Notes: generated from the sequence alone by a model not told the origin. Shown: positions 18,294 to 27,493, counted from the stretch's first letter. The stretch: 51,034 nucleotides of DNA from Candidatus Methylomirabilales bacterium (GCA_041946635.1 JBHGAX010000020.1:1-51034); one strand, 5' to 3'. Numbers and translations are program-made.

Positions 18294-19367
18294 TCACCCG
18301 ATGCGGATCGCCTGGGCCTGCGCCTGCAGGGCCAGCTCGATGGCCCGGAAGGCGTGCGCCTGGGGCATGGCGTGCTCGGTCCGGTGCAGGCAGTCGAGGA
18401 TGAGCTGGCCGAAGAACGGGAAGCCGATCTTGCCGTGCACCGGGAGGTGCCGCTCGCCCTGGTGATCCACGAGGTAGACGTGATCCCCTTCGGGGTCGCG
18501 CGCCACGTCGATGTACTTCCGGAGCTCCAGGTAACCGTCGGTGCCCAGGATGATCGTCCGCCCGTCCCCCCAGACGCCCAGCCCGTCCGGTGTGAACCAG
18601 TCCACGCGAAAGTACATCGTGCTCCCGCCATCCGCCGCCAGCGTCGCGTCCCCGAAGTCCTGGAAGGCGGGGTGCTCCGGGTTGCGGTAGTTCGCCACCT
18701 TGCTGTGGAGCACCCGGGCGTCCTGCGCCCCCGCGTAGAACAGGAACTGCTCGATCTGGTGACTCCCGATGTCCACCAGGATGCCGCCGGCGCGCTCCGG
18801 GTCCCAGAACCAGGCCGGCCGGCCCGGGGCGTTCAGGCGGTGCGGGCCCAGGCCGATCACCTGCAGCACGCGGCCGATGGCGCCCTCGCGGACGAGCTGC
18901 CCCGCGTGCACGGCGGCCTCCGCGTGCAGGCGCTCCGCATAGTAGACCGCGTACTTCCGGCCGGTGGCCGCGACCTTCTGCCGGGCGGCCTCCAGCTGCT
19001 CCGCGCTCGTGAGGGGCGGCTTGTCGCTGAAGTAGTCCTTCCCCGCGTCCATGACCCGGAGGCCGAGCGGCGCCCGGTCGCACGGCACGGCGGCGCTGGC
19101 GACCAGGCGCACGGACGCGTCCTCCAGCACCTCGCGCTCGGTGCGCGCGGCCTTCACCCCCGGATACGCCTTCCGGAACGCCTCGACCTTCGCCGCGTCC
19201 GGGTCGTACACCCAGGCCAGCTCCCCGCCCGCCTCGCTCAGCCCGTTGCACATGCCGTAGATGTGCCCGTGGTCCAGCCCGACGGCGGCGAAGCGAAACT
19301 CCCCCCTGCCGCACACCGGCCGGGCCGTCCCCCGGGGCGCGTAGAACATCCCGTCAGCTCTGGACAT
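18294..19367 (-). CDS. Gfo/Idh/MocA family oxidoreductase
   Basis: 357 aa; ATG 19367 sits 7 nt after AGGAGG. N-terminal FRFAAVGLDHGHIYG Rossmann-like strand and a typical C-terminal alpha/beta domain. Confidence 0.85.
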   Translation of the reverse strand: MSRADGMFYAPRGTARPVCGRGEFRFAAVGLDHGHIYGMCNGLSEAGGELAWVYDPDAAKVEAFRKAYPGVKAARTEREVLEDASVRLVASAAVPCDRAPLGLRVMDAGKDYFSDKPPLTSAEQLEAARQKVAATGRKYAVYYAERLHAEAAVHAGQLVREGAIGRVLQVIGLGPHRLNAPGRPAWFWDPERAGGILVDIGSHQIEQFLFYAGAQDARVLHSKVANYRNPEHPAFQDFGDATLAADGGSTMYFRVDWFTPDGLGVWGDGRTIILGTDGYLELRKYIDVARDPEGDHVYLVDHQGERHLPVHGKIGFPFFGQLILDCLHRTEHAMPQAHAFRAIELALQAQAQAIRIG

Positions 19368-19525
19368 GGCTCGACCTCCTGCCTCCCCTGGCTGCGCTCG
19401 GCGCCCGGGCTGGACGCCATCCGGCCACGACGCCCGTTCAGGAGTAGCACGAGGGCGCCCCGAGCGGCAAGTCTTCATGCGGTGGCGGCCGTGGCGGCCG
19501 CGGGCGGGAACCGCGGTATTCGGCA

Positions 19526-19554
19526 TTGACGGCCCACCGGCGATTTGGTAATCG
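19526..19554 (+). promoter_or_regulatory. Sigma70-like promoter TTGACG-N17-TAATCG
   Basis: Read directly, 129 nt upstream of the ADH-like GTG start. Confidence 0.35.
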
Positions 19555-19682
19555 TTCCCTGCGTCACCCGCTGCTCCCATCTCGCGGTCGGCCTGTTTCA
19601 GACCAGCGCCCAGCTGCACGTCTGGCCCAGCCCCGTCCCGGCGGGAGTCGCTCGCTGCCGACCCGCCCACCGGAGGAGACCC

Positions 19683-20469
19683 GTGAAGAACGAGACGAAC
19701 CGCCCCCTGCCCGCCAAGACCCTGGCCGCGGTCTGGCACGGCACCAACGACCTCCGGCTGGAGGAGCTGCCGCTCCCGGCGCTCGGCCCGCACGACGTGC
19801 TCATCGACATCGCGGCCTGCGGCGTCTGCGCCACGGACCTGCACCTGCTGGACGGCAGCATGGCGCTCTACCGGCCGCCCAAGGTCCTGGGCCACGAGAT
19901 CGGCGGGACGGTGCTCGCGGCGGGAGCGGCGGTGAAGCACGTGAAGCCGGGGGACGCCGTCTCGCCGGACACCAGCGTGCCCTGCCGGAGCTGCTTCTAT
20001 TGCCGGGAAGGCCTGCCGTTCCTCTGTCCGGACCGCATCTCCGTCGCCGCCGGCATGGCCCAGTACACCGTCGTCCCGGGCGAGGTGGTGTACCGACTCC
20101 CCGCGGGCGTCGAGCCGGCCACCGGCGCCCTGGCCGAGCCGCTCTCCTGCGCGATCCACGCGGTGGAGCGCGCCAACCTGCGCCCGTCGGACTCCGTGGC
20201 CATCGCAGGTTGGCGTGCCCGCCGCCGCGGCCACCGTCACGCTGCCGGCCTACGAGATCTTCGGCCGCGAGCTCACCATCCGCGGCTCCTTCATCCGCAC
20301 CACCGAGTACCGCCGGGCGGTGGAGCTGCTGGGCAGCCTGGATCTCACGCCGCTCATCACCCAGCGCTTCCCGCTCCGCGAGGTGACCGCGGCGTTCAAG
20401 GCGGCGCACAGCCGGCAGGGCATCCGCGTGCTGGTGGGCCCGGTCGGGGAGCCCCGCCACCCGGCGTGA
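19683..20469 (+). pseudogene. Zn-dependent alcohol/threonine-dehydrogenase-like (MDR) gene with internal deletion of the Rossmann fold and a frameshift
   Basis: The N-part (GTG 19683 after GGAGGAG; GHEIGG, CRSCFYCREG, EPLSCAIHAV...VAIAG) ends at about 20210. The C-part (VGVPAAAATVTLPAYEIFGRELTIRGSF...) resumes in the +1 frame at about 20209. About 90 aa including GxGxxG are missing. Confidence 0.75.
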
Positions 20470-20501
20470 TGCGCCGGGCCGGTCCGGCCCCTCCGCGACG
20501 A

Positions 20502-20535
20502 GCCCGCCGGGACGGCTGCGCTCCTCCCGGCGGGC
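20502..20535 (+). terminator. Hairpin GCCCGCCGGGA/TCCCGGCGGGC (11-bp perfect stem), no U-tract
   Basis: Read directly, 33 nt after the pseudogene stop. Confidence 0.35.
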
Positions 20536-20796
20536 TCGCCTCCTTCCTCCGGCCCCGCAGGGCAGCCCGAATTTCATCTTGACATTCCAAGCGGCCTCGG
20601 GGGATTCTCCGCGAACTCGGAAGACTCTGCCCTGCCGGGCCTCGGGAACCGCCCCGCTGGCATTGCTCGGCACACCGTTCTTTTCCTCCACGCTCCCCGG
20701 CGCTATTCACCAGGAGGTGATGCCACGTCCCGCTACGCAGCCAACGTCACCGCGTGAGCGTCTGGTCCCACCCGTGCTGGCAAAAGGAGCAGGAAG

Positions 20797-22044
20797 ATGA
20801 CGAAGGGCATCAGCCGACGAAGCTTCCTGAAGACCGCGGGCGGCGCGGCCGCCGCCGCCGGTACCGCGCAGATCTTCGCGCCCGCCATCCTCCGCGCGCA
20901 GCAGCAGCCCATCAAGATCGGCCACCTGGTTCCCCTCACCGGCTTCCTGTCCCCCATGGGCGACTATGCCTCCAAGGCGGGCAAGCTGGCGATCGAGGAG
21001 ATCAACGCGGCCGGCGGCGTGCTCGGCCGCAAGCTGGAGACCATCGTCGACGACGAGACGAACCCGGGCGTCGGGGTGCAGAAGGCCACCAAGATGATCC
21101 AGCAGGACAAGGTGGACTTCCTGCTGGGGACGGTGAGCAGCGCCGTCGCGCTGGCCGTCATGGACGTGGCCGAGCGCCACCAGAAGATCTTCTTCAACAC
21201 CGGCTCCAACTCGGACGAGATCCGCGGCGCGAAGTGCAACTACTACACCTTCTGCACCGAGGCCTCCAACACCCAGTACGTCAAGGCCATCGGCCGCTAC
21301 CTGATCAAGAACAAGAACTACAAGAGCTTCTACATCCTCACCTCGGACTACGCCTTCGGCCACGACCTCACCCGCGTCACGCGCCGCTTGCTGGCCGAGC
21401 TGGGCGGGAAGGAGATCGGCCACGACCTGGTGCCTACGGGCACGGCCGACTACAGCTCCTACATCCTGAAGGTGCGGAACGCGAAGCCCGAGTGCATCAT
21501 CTGCAACGTCGCCGGGTCGGACCAGACCACCTTCCTCAAGCAGTACAGCGAGTTCGGCCTGAAGATCGACGTGGCGGGCGGGGTCACCGACACCGTCCTG
21601 ATGTGGAACGCGGGCAAGGAGGCGGCCCAGGGCGTCTGGACGGTCATCTGGTGGGGCGACCTGGACAACCCCTGGACCAAGAACTTCGTGGCCAAGTACC
21701 GGGCCAAGTACAACCTGCCGCCCGAGAACCAGGCCTGGGGCGACTACGCCAGCATCAAGGTGCTGGCCGAGGCCATCAAGATGGCCGGGACGACGGACAG
21801 CAAGAAGGTGGTCGGGGCCCTGGAGAAGGTCAAGTTCGACGGCGGCAAGGGGCGGGAGCTGTACTACCGGACCTACGACCACCAGCTCATGCAGCCGATG
21901 TACGTGGCCTCGATCAAGAAGACGGGCAACAAGGACAAGTGGGACATCTTCAACATCGAGGCCGCGGTCCCGGGCAAGGACGAGAGCCTGGAGGTCATCG
22001 CGCCCACCAAGGACGAGAATCCCTGCAGCATGAAGCGCGGCTGA
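20797..22044 (+). CDS. Branched-chain amino acid-type ABC transporter substrate-binding protein with twin-arginine signal
   Basis: 415 aa; SRRSFLK Tat motif in MTKGISRRSFLKTAGGAAAAAGTAQIFAPAILRAQ. LivJ/LivK-family fold signatures (PLTGFLSPMG, DFLLGTVSS). Confidence 0.9.
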   Translation: MTKGISRRSFLKTAGGAAAAAGTAQIFAPAILRAQQQPIKIGHLVPLTGFLSPMGDYASKAGKLAIEEINAAGGVLGRKLETIVDDETNPGVGVQKATKMIQQDKVDFLLGTVSSAVALAVMDVAERHQKIFFNTGSNSDEIRGAKCNYYTFCTEASNTQYVKAIGRYLIKNKNYKSFYILTSDYAFGHDLTRVTRRLLAELGGKEIGHDLVPTGTADYSSYILKVRNAKPECIICNVAGSDQTTFLKQYSEFGLKIDVAGGVTDTVLMWNAGKEAAQGVWTVIWWGDLDNPWTKNFVAKYRAKYNLPPENQAWGDYASIKVLAEAIKMAGTTDSKKVVGALEKVKFDGGKGRELYYRTYDHQLMQPMYVASIKKTGNKDKWDIFNIEAAVPGKDESLEVIAPTKDENPCSMKRG

Positions 22045-22052
22045 CCTGATCC

Positions 22053-22087
22053 GCTCCCGCCCCCTCGCCTCCGGAGGGGGCGGGAGC
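22053..22087 (+). terminator. Intra-operon stem-loop, perfect 14-bp stem GCTCCCGCCCCCTC/GAGGGGGCGGGAGC
   Basis: Read directly in the 74-nt spacer between the binding-protein and permease genes. No U-tract, so probably a partial terminator or RNA stabiliser. Confidence 0.4.
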
Positions 22088-22118
22088 GTCTCCGGGCGTC
22101 GCGCCCGGCGAGGGAGCG

Positions 22119-22994
22119 ATGGACCTCACGACATTCCTCCAGTTCTTCATCAACGGCATCGTGCTGGGGGCGATCTACGTCCTCCTGGCGATCGGGCTCT
22201 CGATCATCTTCGGGATGATCGGCATCGTGAACCTCACCCACGGCATCCTCTACATGCTGGGCGCCTATGCCGCGGTGACCCTGACCCCCTACGTCGGCTT
22301 CTTCCCCAACCTGCTCATCTCGCCGCTCTTCGTGGCCCTCCTGGGCATGGGCGTGGAGGCGGCCTTCCTCCGGCGCATCTACACCGGGGATCCGGCCCTG
22401 GGGCTCCTGTTCACCTTCGGCCTGGCCATGTTCCTCGAGCAGATGGTGCGCCTCCTCTGGGGCACCCAGGGCATTCCCTTCCAGATCCCCGAGGCCCTGC
22501 GCGGGGCGCTGGTGGCCGGGCCCATCATCTACTCCAAGTACCGCTACTTCATCGGGCTCTGCTCCATCCTGGTCCTGGCCGGCCTGTGGTTCTTCCTGGA
22601 GAAGACCCGCTACGGCATGATCATCCGGGCCGGCAGCCGGGATCCCGACATGGTGCGCATGCTGGGGATCAGCCTGAAGCCGGTCTTCACTGCGGTGTTC
22701 GGCCTCGGCGTGGCCCTGGCCGCCGTCTCGGGCGTCCTGGCCTCCCCGCTGGCCGGCGTGGAGCCGGCCATGGGCACCAACATGGGCACTTTCGCGTTCG
22801 TGGTGGTGGTCATCGGCGGCCTGGGCAGCTTCTGGGGCTCCGTGCTCTCCGGCCTCATGGTGGGCGAGGTGGAGAGCTTCTGCATCTTCTTCTGGCCCCC
22901 CATGGCGGACGCCTCCAAGTTCGCCCTGATGATCCTCGTCCTCTTGCTCCGGCCCCGGGGTCTGCTGGGACGGCGATGGGAGAGATTCGAATGA
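22119..22994 (+). CDS. livH: Branched-chain amino acid ABC transporter permease (LivH-type)
   Basis: 291 aa polytopic; typical LivH N-terminus FLQFFINGIVLGAIYVLLAIGLSIIFG. Confidence 0.9.
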   Translation: MDLTTFLQFFINGIVLGAIYVLLAIGLSIIFGMIGIVNLTHGILYMLGAYAAVTLTPYVGFFPNLLISPLFVALLGMGVEAAFLRRIYTGDPALGLLFTFGLAMFLEQMVRLLWGTQGIPFQIPEALRGALVAGPIIYSKYRYFIGLCSILVLAGLWFFLEKTRYGMIIRAGSRDPDMVRMLGISLKPVFTAVFGLGVALAAVSGVLASPLAGVEPAMGTNMGTFAFVVVVIGGLGSFWGSVLSGLMVGEVESFCIFFWPPMADASKFALMILVLLLRPRGLLGRRWERFE

Positions 22995-25552
22995 GGCGCT
23001 GGCTGCTGTTTCGGGGCCTTCCGGCCAACCTGGCGCTCCTCGGGGTGCTGCTCGTGCTGCCCTACGCGCTGGAGCACCTGAAGAGCACCGCCCTCATGGC
23101 CAGCCAGATCCTGATCTTCGCCGTGGTCGGTCTCGGCTTCAACATCCTGCTCGGCTACACGGGGCTGCTCTCCTTCGGGCACGGCATGTTCCTCGGCATG
23201 GGCATGTACGGCGCCACCCTCGCCTTCCTGCACGTCGTCAAGGGCGGGTTCGTGGTGCCCATCCTGCTCGGCACGCTGCTCGCCGCCCTGACCGGCGTGG
23301 TGGTCGGCTTCCTCGTCATGCGCCGCCGGGGCGTCTACTTTTCGCTCCTCACCCTCGCCTTCACGCAGCTCTTCTTCACGATCTGCTACCGCTGGACGGA
23401 CGTGACGGGCGGCGAGAACGGCCTCTCGGGCCTGAAGCGGCCCGACAGCTTCCTGGGCCTGGACCTCCGGAGCGATCACGCCTTCTACTACGTCTGCCTG
23501 GTGGTGCTGGTCGCCTGCGTCCTGCTCATCCGCCGGATCCTGGAGGCGCCCTTCGGGCGCGTGCTGCAGGCCATCCGCGACAACGAGGTGCGGGCCGCCA
23601 GCCTGGGCTACAATCCGCGCCGCTACAAGCACGTGGCGGTCATCATCTCCGGCACGTTCCTGGGCTTCGCCGGCGCGCTGTTCGCCTACCTGAACTACTT
23701 CGCCTACCCGGAGGTCTTCCACTCGGCCTTCTCCGGCTCCATCGTGGCCATGACCATCGTGGGCGGCATGCGGAACTTCTTCGGCCCCATCGTGGGCGCC
23801 GCGGTGTACGTCTTCTTCCAGGACCTGCTCTCCTCCTACACGAAGCACTGGATGATCTACTTCGGCGTGATGTTCATGGCCTTCATCCTCTTCTCGCCCA
23901 ACGGCATCATGGGGATCCTGCAGAGCCTGCGCCGCCGGGTGGGCGGCGCCGGGCCGGCCGAGACCGCGCAGGCGGGCCTGCCCATGCCCGGCGCGCTGGA
24001 GCGCCCGGCCGAGCCGGCCGAGCCCCCGGCCAGGCAGGCCCCGCCCGCGCCGCTGGGCGAGGAGATCTTCCGGACGGAGGGGGTCACCAAGCGCTTCGGC
24101 GCGCTGACCGCGGTGGACGCCGTCAGCCTCTCGGTCCGCCAGGGCGAGCTGCGCTCGGTGATCGGCCCCAACGGGGCCGGCAAGACCACCTTCTTCAACA
24201 CGCTCACCGGCAACCTGCCCAAGGACGGGGGCCGCGTGGTCTTCAAGGGCGAGGACATCACCGGCCTGGAGCCGTACCAGGTGGCCAACCGGGGCATCGC
24301 GCGCTCCTTCCAGATCCTGAGCATCTTCAAGGACCTGACCGTCTTCGAGAACATCCGCGTGGCGGTGCAGGCGCGCACCGCCCACCGCTTCTCGCTGCTC
24401 GCCGTGACGGACGAGCTGGCGGAGGTGAACCGGGCGGCCGAGCGCATCCTGGACCAGGTGGGGCTCCGCCCGCTGCGCGAGGCGGTGGCGGGGAACATCT
24501 CGCACGGCGACCAGCGGCTCCTGGAGATCGGCATCACGCTGGCCATGCAGCCGGAGCTGCTCATGCTGGACGAGCCGCTGGCCGGGCTGGCCGCGAAGGA
24601 GCGGGTGAAGATCGCGGCCCTCATCCGGGGCCTGGCCGGCGAGCACACCGTCATCCTGATCGACCACGACATCGACCAGATCCTGAGCATCTCCGACCGG
24701 ATCACGGTCCTCCACCAGGGCAAGGTCATCGCCGAGGGCAGCCCGGACGCGATCAAGGCCAACGCCCAGGTGCAGGAGGCCTACATCGGCGGCTTCGACC
24801 GCAAGCACATGCCCGCGCCGGCCGCGGCCGCCTGCGCGGACGCGCCCCTGCTGCAGGTCGAGCAGATCAACACCTTCTACGGCAAGAGCCACATCCTGCA
24901 CGGCGTCTCGCTGCAGATCCGCAAGGGGGAGCTGGTGTGCCTGCTGGGCAGGAACGGCGCCGGGAAGACCACCACCCTGCACTCGATCATCGGCCTCACC
25001 CCGCCCAAGAGCGGGGAGATCCGGCTGGACGGCACGCCCGTTGCGCGGCGGCAGCCGGAGGAGATTGCGCGGCTCGGCATCATGCTGGTGCCGCAGGGCC
25101 GCCGCATCTTCCCCAACCTCACGGTGCTGGAGAACCTGGAGATCGCCCACATCCAGGCCCGCAAGAACGGCGGCACCCCCGCGTGGACCCCGGACAAGGC
25201 CTTCGAGCTGCTGCCGGCGCTCGGGCGGCTGCGCAGCCGGCGGGGCGAGCAGATGAGCGGGGGCGAGCTGCAGATGCTCGCCATCGCCCGGGCGCTCATG
25301 GCCAACGGGCAGCTCCTCATGCTGGACGAGCCGTTCGAGGGGCTGGCCCCGGCCATCGTGGAGAGCCTCTGGAAGGTGATCAGCGAGCTGAAGCGCGAGA
25401 TCACGATGCTGCTCGTCGAGCAGAACGCGGACGTGGCACTCTCGCTCGGCGACCGGGCCTACGTCATCAACAACGGGCTCATCGAGTACGACGGGACGGC
25501 CCGGGAGCTGGTCGAGAACCACGAGCTGCACGTGAAGCTGCTGGGCGTGTGA
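22991..25552 (+). CDS. Fused LivM permease + LivG ATPase + LivF ATPase (single 853-aa ORF)
   Basis: ATG 22991 overlaps the livH stop (ATGA). No in-frame stop from 22586 to 25552. LivM TM domain runs to about 23929, then a Pro/Ala linker 23930-24058. LivG (GPNGAGKTT) covers 24059-24790, then a linker, then LivF (GRNGAGKTT, SGGELQML) covers 24845-25552. Confidence 0.85.
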   Translation: MRRWLLFRGLPANLALLGVLLVLPYALEHLKSTALMASQILIFAVVGLGFNILLGYTGLLSFGHGMFLGMGMYGATLAFLHVVKGGFVVPILLGTLLAALTGVVVGFLVMRRRGVYFSLLTLAFTQLFFTICYRWTDVTGGENGLSGLKRPDSFLGLDLRSDHAFYYVCLVVLVACVLLIRRILEAPFGRVLQAIRDNEVRAASLGYNPRRYKHVAVIISGTFLGFAGALFAYLNYFAYPEVFHSAFSGSIVAMTIVGGMRNFFGPIVGAAVYVFFQDLLSSYTKHWMIYFGVMFMAFILFSPNGIMGILQSLRRRVGGAGPAETAQAGLPMPGALERPAEPAEPPARQAPPAPLGEEIFRTEGVTKRFGALTAVDAVSLSVRQGELRSVIGPNGAGKTTFFNTLTGNLPKDGGRVVFKGEDITGLEPYQVANRGIARSFQILSIFKDLTVFENIRVAVQARTAHRFSLLAVTDELAEVNRAAERILDQVGLRPLREAVAGNISHGDQRLLEIGITLAMQPELLMLDEPLAGLAAKERVKIAALIRGLAGEHTVILIDHDIDQILSISDRITVLHQGKVIAEGSPDAIKANAQVQEAYIGGFDRKHMPAPAAAACADAPLLQVEQINTFYGKSHILHGVSLQIRKGELVCLLGRNGAGKTTTLHSIIGLTPPKSGEIRLDGTPVARRQPEEIARLGIMLVPQGRRIFPNLTVLENLEIAHIQARKNGGTPAWTPDKAFELLPALGRLRSRRGEQMSGGELQMLAIARALMANGQLLMLDEPFEGLAPAIVESLWKVISELKREITMLLVEQNADVALSLGDRAYVINNGLIEYDGTARELVENHELHVKLLGV

Positions 25553-25599
25553 GGGGCCGGCACGCCCCCGGCCGAGCGACGCTCGCTCCACACACATCC

Positions 25600-25627
25600 G
25601 GCGGCGGGGGCCATGGCCCCCGCCGCC
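25600..25627. terminator. Bidirectional terminator candidate: perfect 13-bp palindrome GGCGGCGGGGGCC at GGCCCCCGCCGCC, then TGATGTTT
   Basis: Read directly between the convergent liv fusion and the lipoprotein gene. Confidence 0.6.
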
Positions 25628-25652
25628 TGATGTTTCGGCCGCGCCCGGCGCG

Positions 25653-26186
25653 TCAGCGCATGATGATCTCGCGGTCCATGGCGTCCAGCGCCCGGGCGGT
25701 CCGCTGCGGGGGCGGGGCGGTCGCGGCCGCCGCACGCAGATGCGGCCCGGGCGGCATGTGCGCCCCCTGGGCTGCGAGGAGCCCCGTCGCGGGCGCGCGT
25801 CCGGGACGCGCCGGCTCGCCCGGCGCTCCGCCGGGATGGAAGGTGAACAGGGTGAGGCGTGGCGGATCGTCCAGGAGGCCCGCCGCGCGGGCCCGCTCGA
25901 GCGCGAAGCGGTCGCGGCCGTCGCCCTCCGCGTCCCGCAGCTCGACCAGCAGGCTGATCACGAGGCCGCGAAGGCCGCCGGCCGCCCGGATGCCGACGGC
26001 GATGGCCCCCGCCAGCGGCCCGCCCGTCGGGGTATCCACCACCGCCCCGCGTGTCGCGCCGCAGCCGCCCGTCGCCAGGCTTGCGGCGAGGAGGGCGACG
26101 AGCCCCAGCCGGCGGAGGCCGCGCTGCAGGGTGGCCTGGGGAAGCCCGCTCAGCCAGAGCCGCCATATCGCGAGGAAGATGACCAT
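25653..26186 (-). CDS. Hypothetical lipoprotein
   Basis: ATG 26186 sits 4 nt after GGGAGG. Lipobox LATGGC after the hydrophobic LGLVALLAAS. No recognisable domain. Confidence 0.55.
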   Translation of the reverse strand: MVIFLAIWRLWLSGLPQATLQRGLRRLGLVALLAASLATGGCGATRGAVVDTPTGGPLAGAIAVGIRAAGGLRGLVISLLVELRDAEGDGRDRFALERARAAGLLDDPPRLTLFTFHPGGAPGEPARPGRAPATGLLAAQGAHMPPGPHLRAAAATAPPPQRTARALDAMDREIIMR

Positions 26187-26444
26187 CCAGCCTCCCGGAC
26201 CACTCCGAGTGTCCCGGGACGTGCGACCCGGCGCTGGGCCCGGGGACGAATGCCTGGAGCGGATGACCGGTCGCGCCAGCAAGAATGGCGCCAGTCGCGG
26301 GATGGGCCCGGGAGCGCGCAGAGCCGAGCACTTGGCGGGGTGGGCGGGGGGGCGGGAGCGGCGGGCGGGGCGGCTCGCTGACGAAACGCCAGTCGCGCGC
26401 CAGGCAGCGTCAGGACGCTTCTGTCGTGCCCGGTGGCGATCGTT

Positions 26445-26487
26445 CGCGATGTTCCGGAATCATGCGGCCACCTTCCGGAACATCGCG
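26445..26487 (-). terminator. Perfect 15-bp inverted repeat CGCGATGTTCCGGAA (13-nt loop) downstream of dapF
   Basis: Read directly, 27 nt after the dapF stop on the minus strand. No U-tract, so it could equally be a protein-binding site. Confidence 0.4.
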
Positions 26488-26513
26488 GACGCTCCTGGAT
26501 CCTGTCGCGCGCT

Positions 26514-27386
26514 TCAGCCCTGCAGGGTGGCCAGCAGGTCGGGGCTCAGGCTGCCCCGGCAGATCTCGGACGCCGGCCCCGTGAGGGTGATGTCCCAGCC
26601 CTCGGTGATGCTGACCTGCAGCCGGCCGCCCGGGCTCTCGATGGTCACCCGGCGGTCCGCGAGGCCGTTCCTCACCGCGGCGGAGGCCACGGCGCAGGAG
26701 CTGGTGCCCGAGGCGAGGGTGTAGCCGGCGCCCCGCTCCCAGATGAGGATGGAGATCCGGTCCCGGGCCACCACCCGGGCGAACTGCACGTTGATGCGGT
26801 TGGGGAAGCTGGGGTGGTGTTCGATCTTGGGCCCGAGCCGCTTCACCCGGTCGGGGTCCAGCGCCTCGGTGAAGATCACGCAGTGCGGGTTGCCCACCGA
26901 GACCGCGGTGATCGTCAGCTCCTCGCCGTCCACGGCCAGCCGCTCGCGCACGACCTCGCGCCGCGGGCCGGCCACCGGGATCTCCTCGCTCACGAACGTG
27001 GCGTGTCCCATGTCGGCCGTGATGCTCTCCACCTGGCACTCGCGGAGCTGCAGGCGGGCCCGCACGACGCCGCCGAGCGTGGAGACGCGGAAGTCCGGCC
27101 GGTCCGCGTAGCCGTGGTCGTGGAGGAACTTGGCGAGGATGCGCAAGCCGTTGCCGCTCTTCTCCGCCTCGCCGCCGTCCGGATTGAAGATGCGCACGCC
27201 GAATTCCGCGTCCTTCCCCGGCACGACGAGCAGGATGCCGTCCGATCCCACGCCGTAGTGCGGATCGCAGATCCTGCGCACGGCCTCCGGCGTGAGCCGG
27301 AACGAGAGCGCGGCCTCGTCCAGCACCAGGTAGTCATTCCCCAGTCCGTGCGACTTCACGAACTCGTCGGTGGCCAGTCGTGGCAT
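26514..27386 (-). CDS. dapF: Diaminopimelate epimerase
   Basis: 290 aa; GNDYLVLD, SGNGLR, GNPHCV, ASGTSSCA catalytic-Cys contexts. Confidence 0.93.
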   Translation of the reverse strand: MPRLATDEFVKSHGLGNDYLVLDEAALSFRLTPEAVRRICDPHYGVGSDGILLVVPGKDAEFGVRIFNPDGGEAEKSGNGLRILAKFLHDHGYADRPDFRVSTLGGVVRARLQLRECQVESITADMGHATFVSEEIPVAGPRREVVRERLAVDGEELTITAVSVGNPHCVIFTEALDPDRVKRLGPKIEHHPSFPNRINVQFARVVARDRISILIWERGAGYTLASGTSSCAVASAAVRNGLADRRVTIESPGGRLQVSITEGWDITLTGPASEICRGSLSPDLLATLQG

Positions 27387-27397
27387 GTCGTCCCCTC

Positions 27398-27487
27398 AAA
27401 AAAAAGATAACCGCAGGGGCGCAGAGATCGCAGAGGCCGCCGCAGGGGAATTCTGCGCCCCTCGGCGCCCCCTGCGTCTCTGCGGTT
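27398..27487 (-). terminator. Intrinsic terminator of the HMGL/TRAP/PEP-mutase-family operon: long GC-rich hairpin plus T8 tract
   Basis: aaccgcag...ctgcggtt outer stem with extended imperfect pairing (27409-27487). On the minus strand it is followed by ATC TTTTTTTT (27398-27405). Confidence 0.75.
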
Positions 27488-27493
27488 CAGGTT

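Noticed and set aside
20579-20610. TTGACA hexamer upstream of the Liv operon as a promoter
   Set aside because: The best -10 at the proper spacing is GATTCT, a poor match. I kept it only as a weak possibility and did not list it as a feature.
20720-20800. 26-codon uORF (MPRPATQPTSPRERLVPPVLAKGAGR) whose stop overlaps the Liv binding-protein ATG (ATGA)
   Set aside because: Its AGGAGG lies only 2 nt from the ATG, which is too close. The peptide shows no amino-acid bias suggesting attenuation, so it is plausibly chance in a stop-poor genome.
26187-26444. 99-aa Gly/Arg-rich plus-strand ORF (26285-26584) and other ORFs in the spacer between the lipoprotein gene and dapF
   Set aside because: They have no RBS and low-complexity translations, and they overlap the dapF 3' end. 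I treat the region as non-coding, and its function, if any, is unknown.
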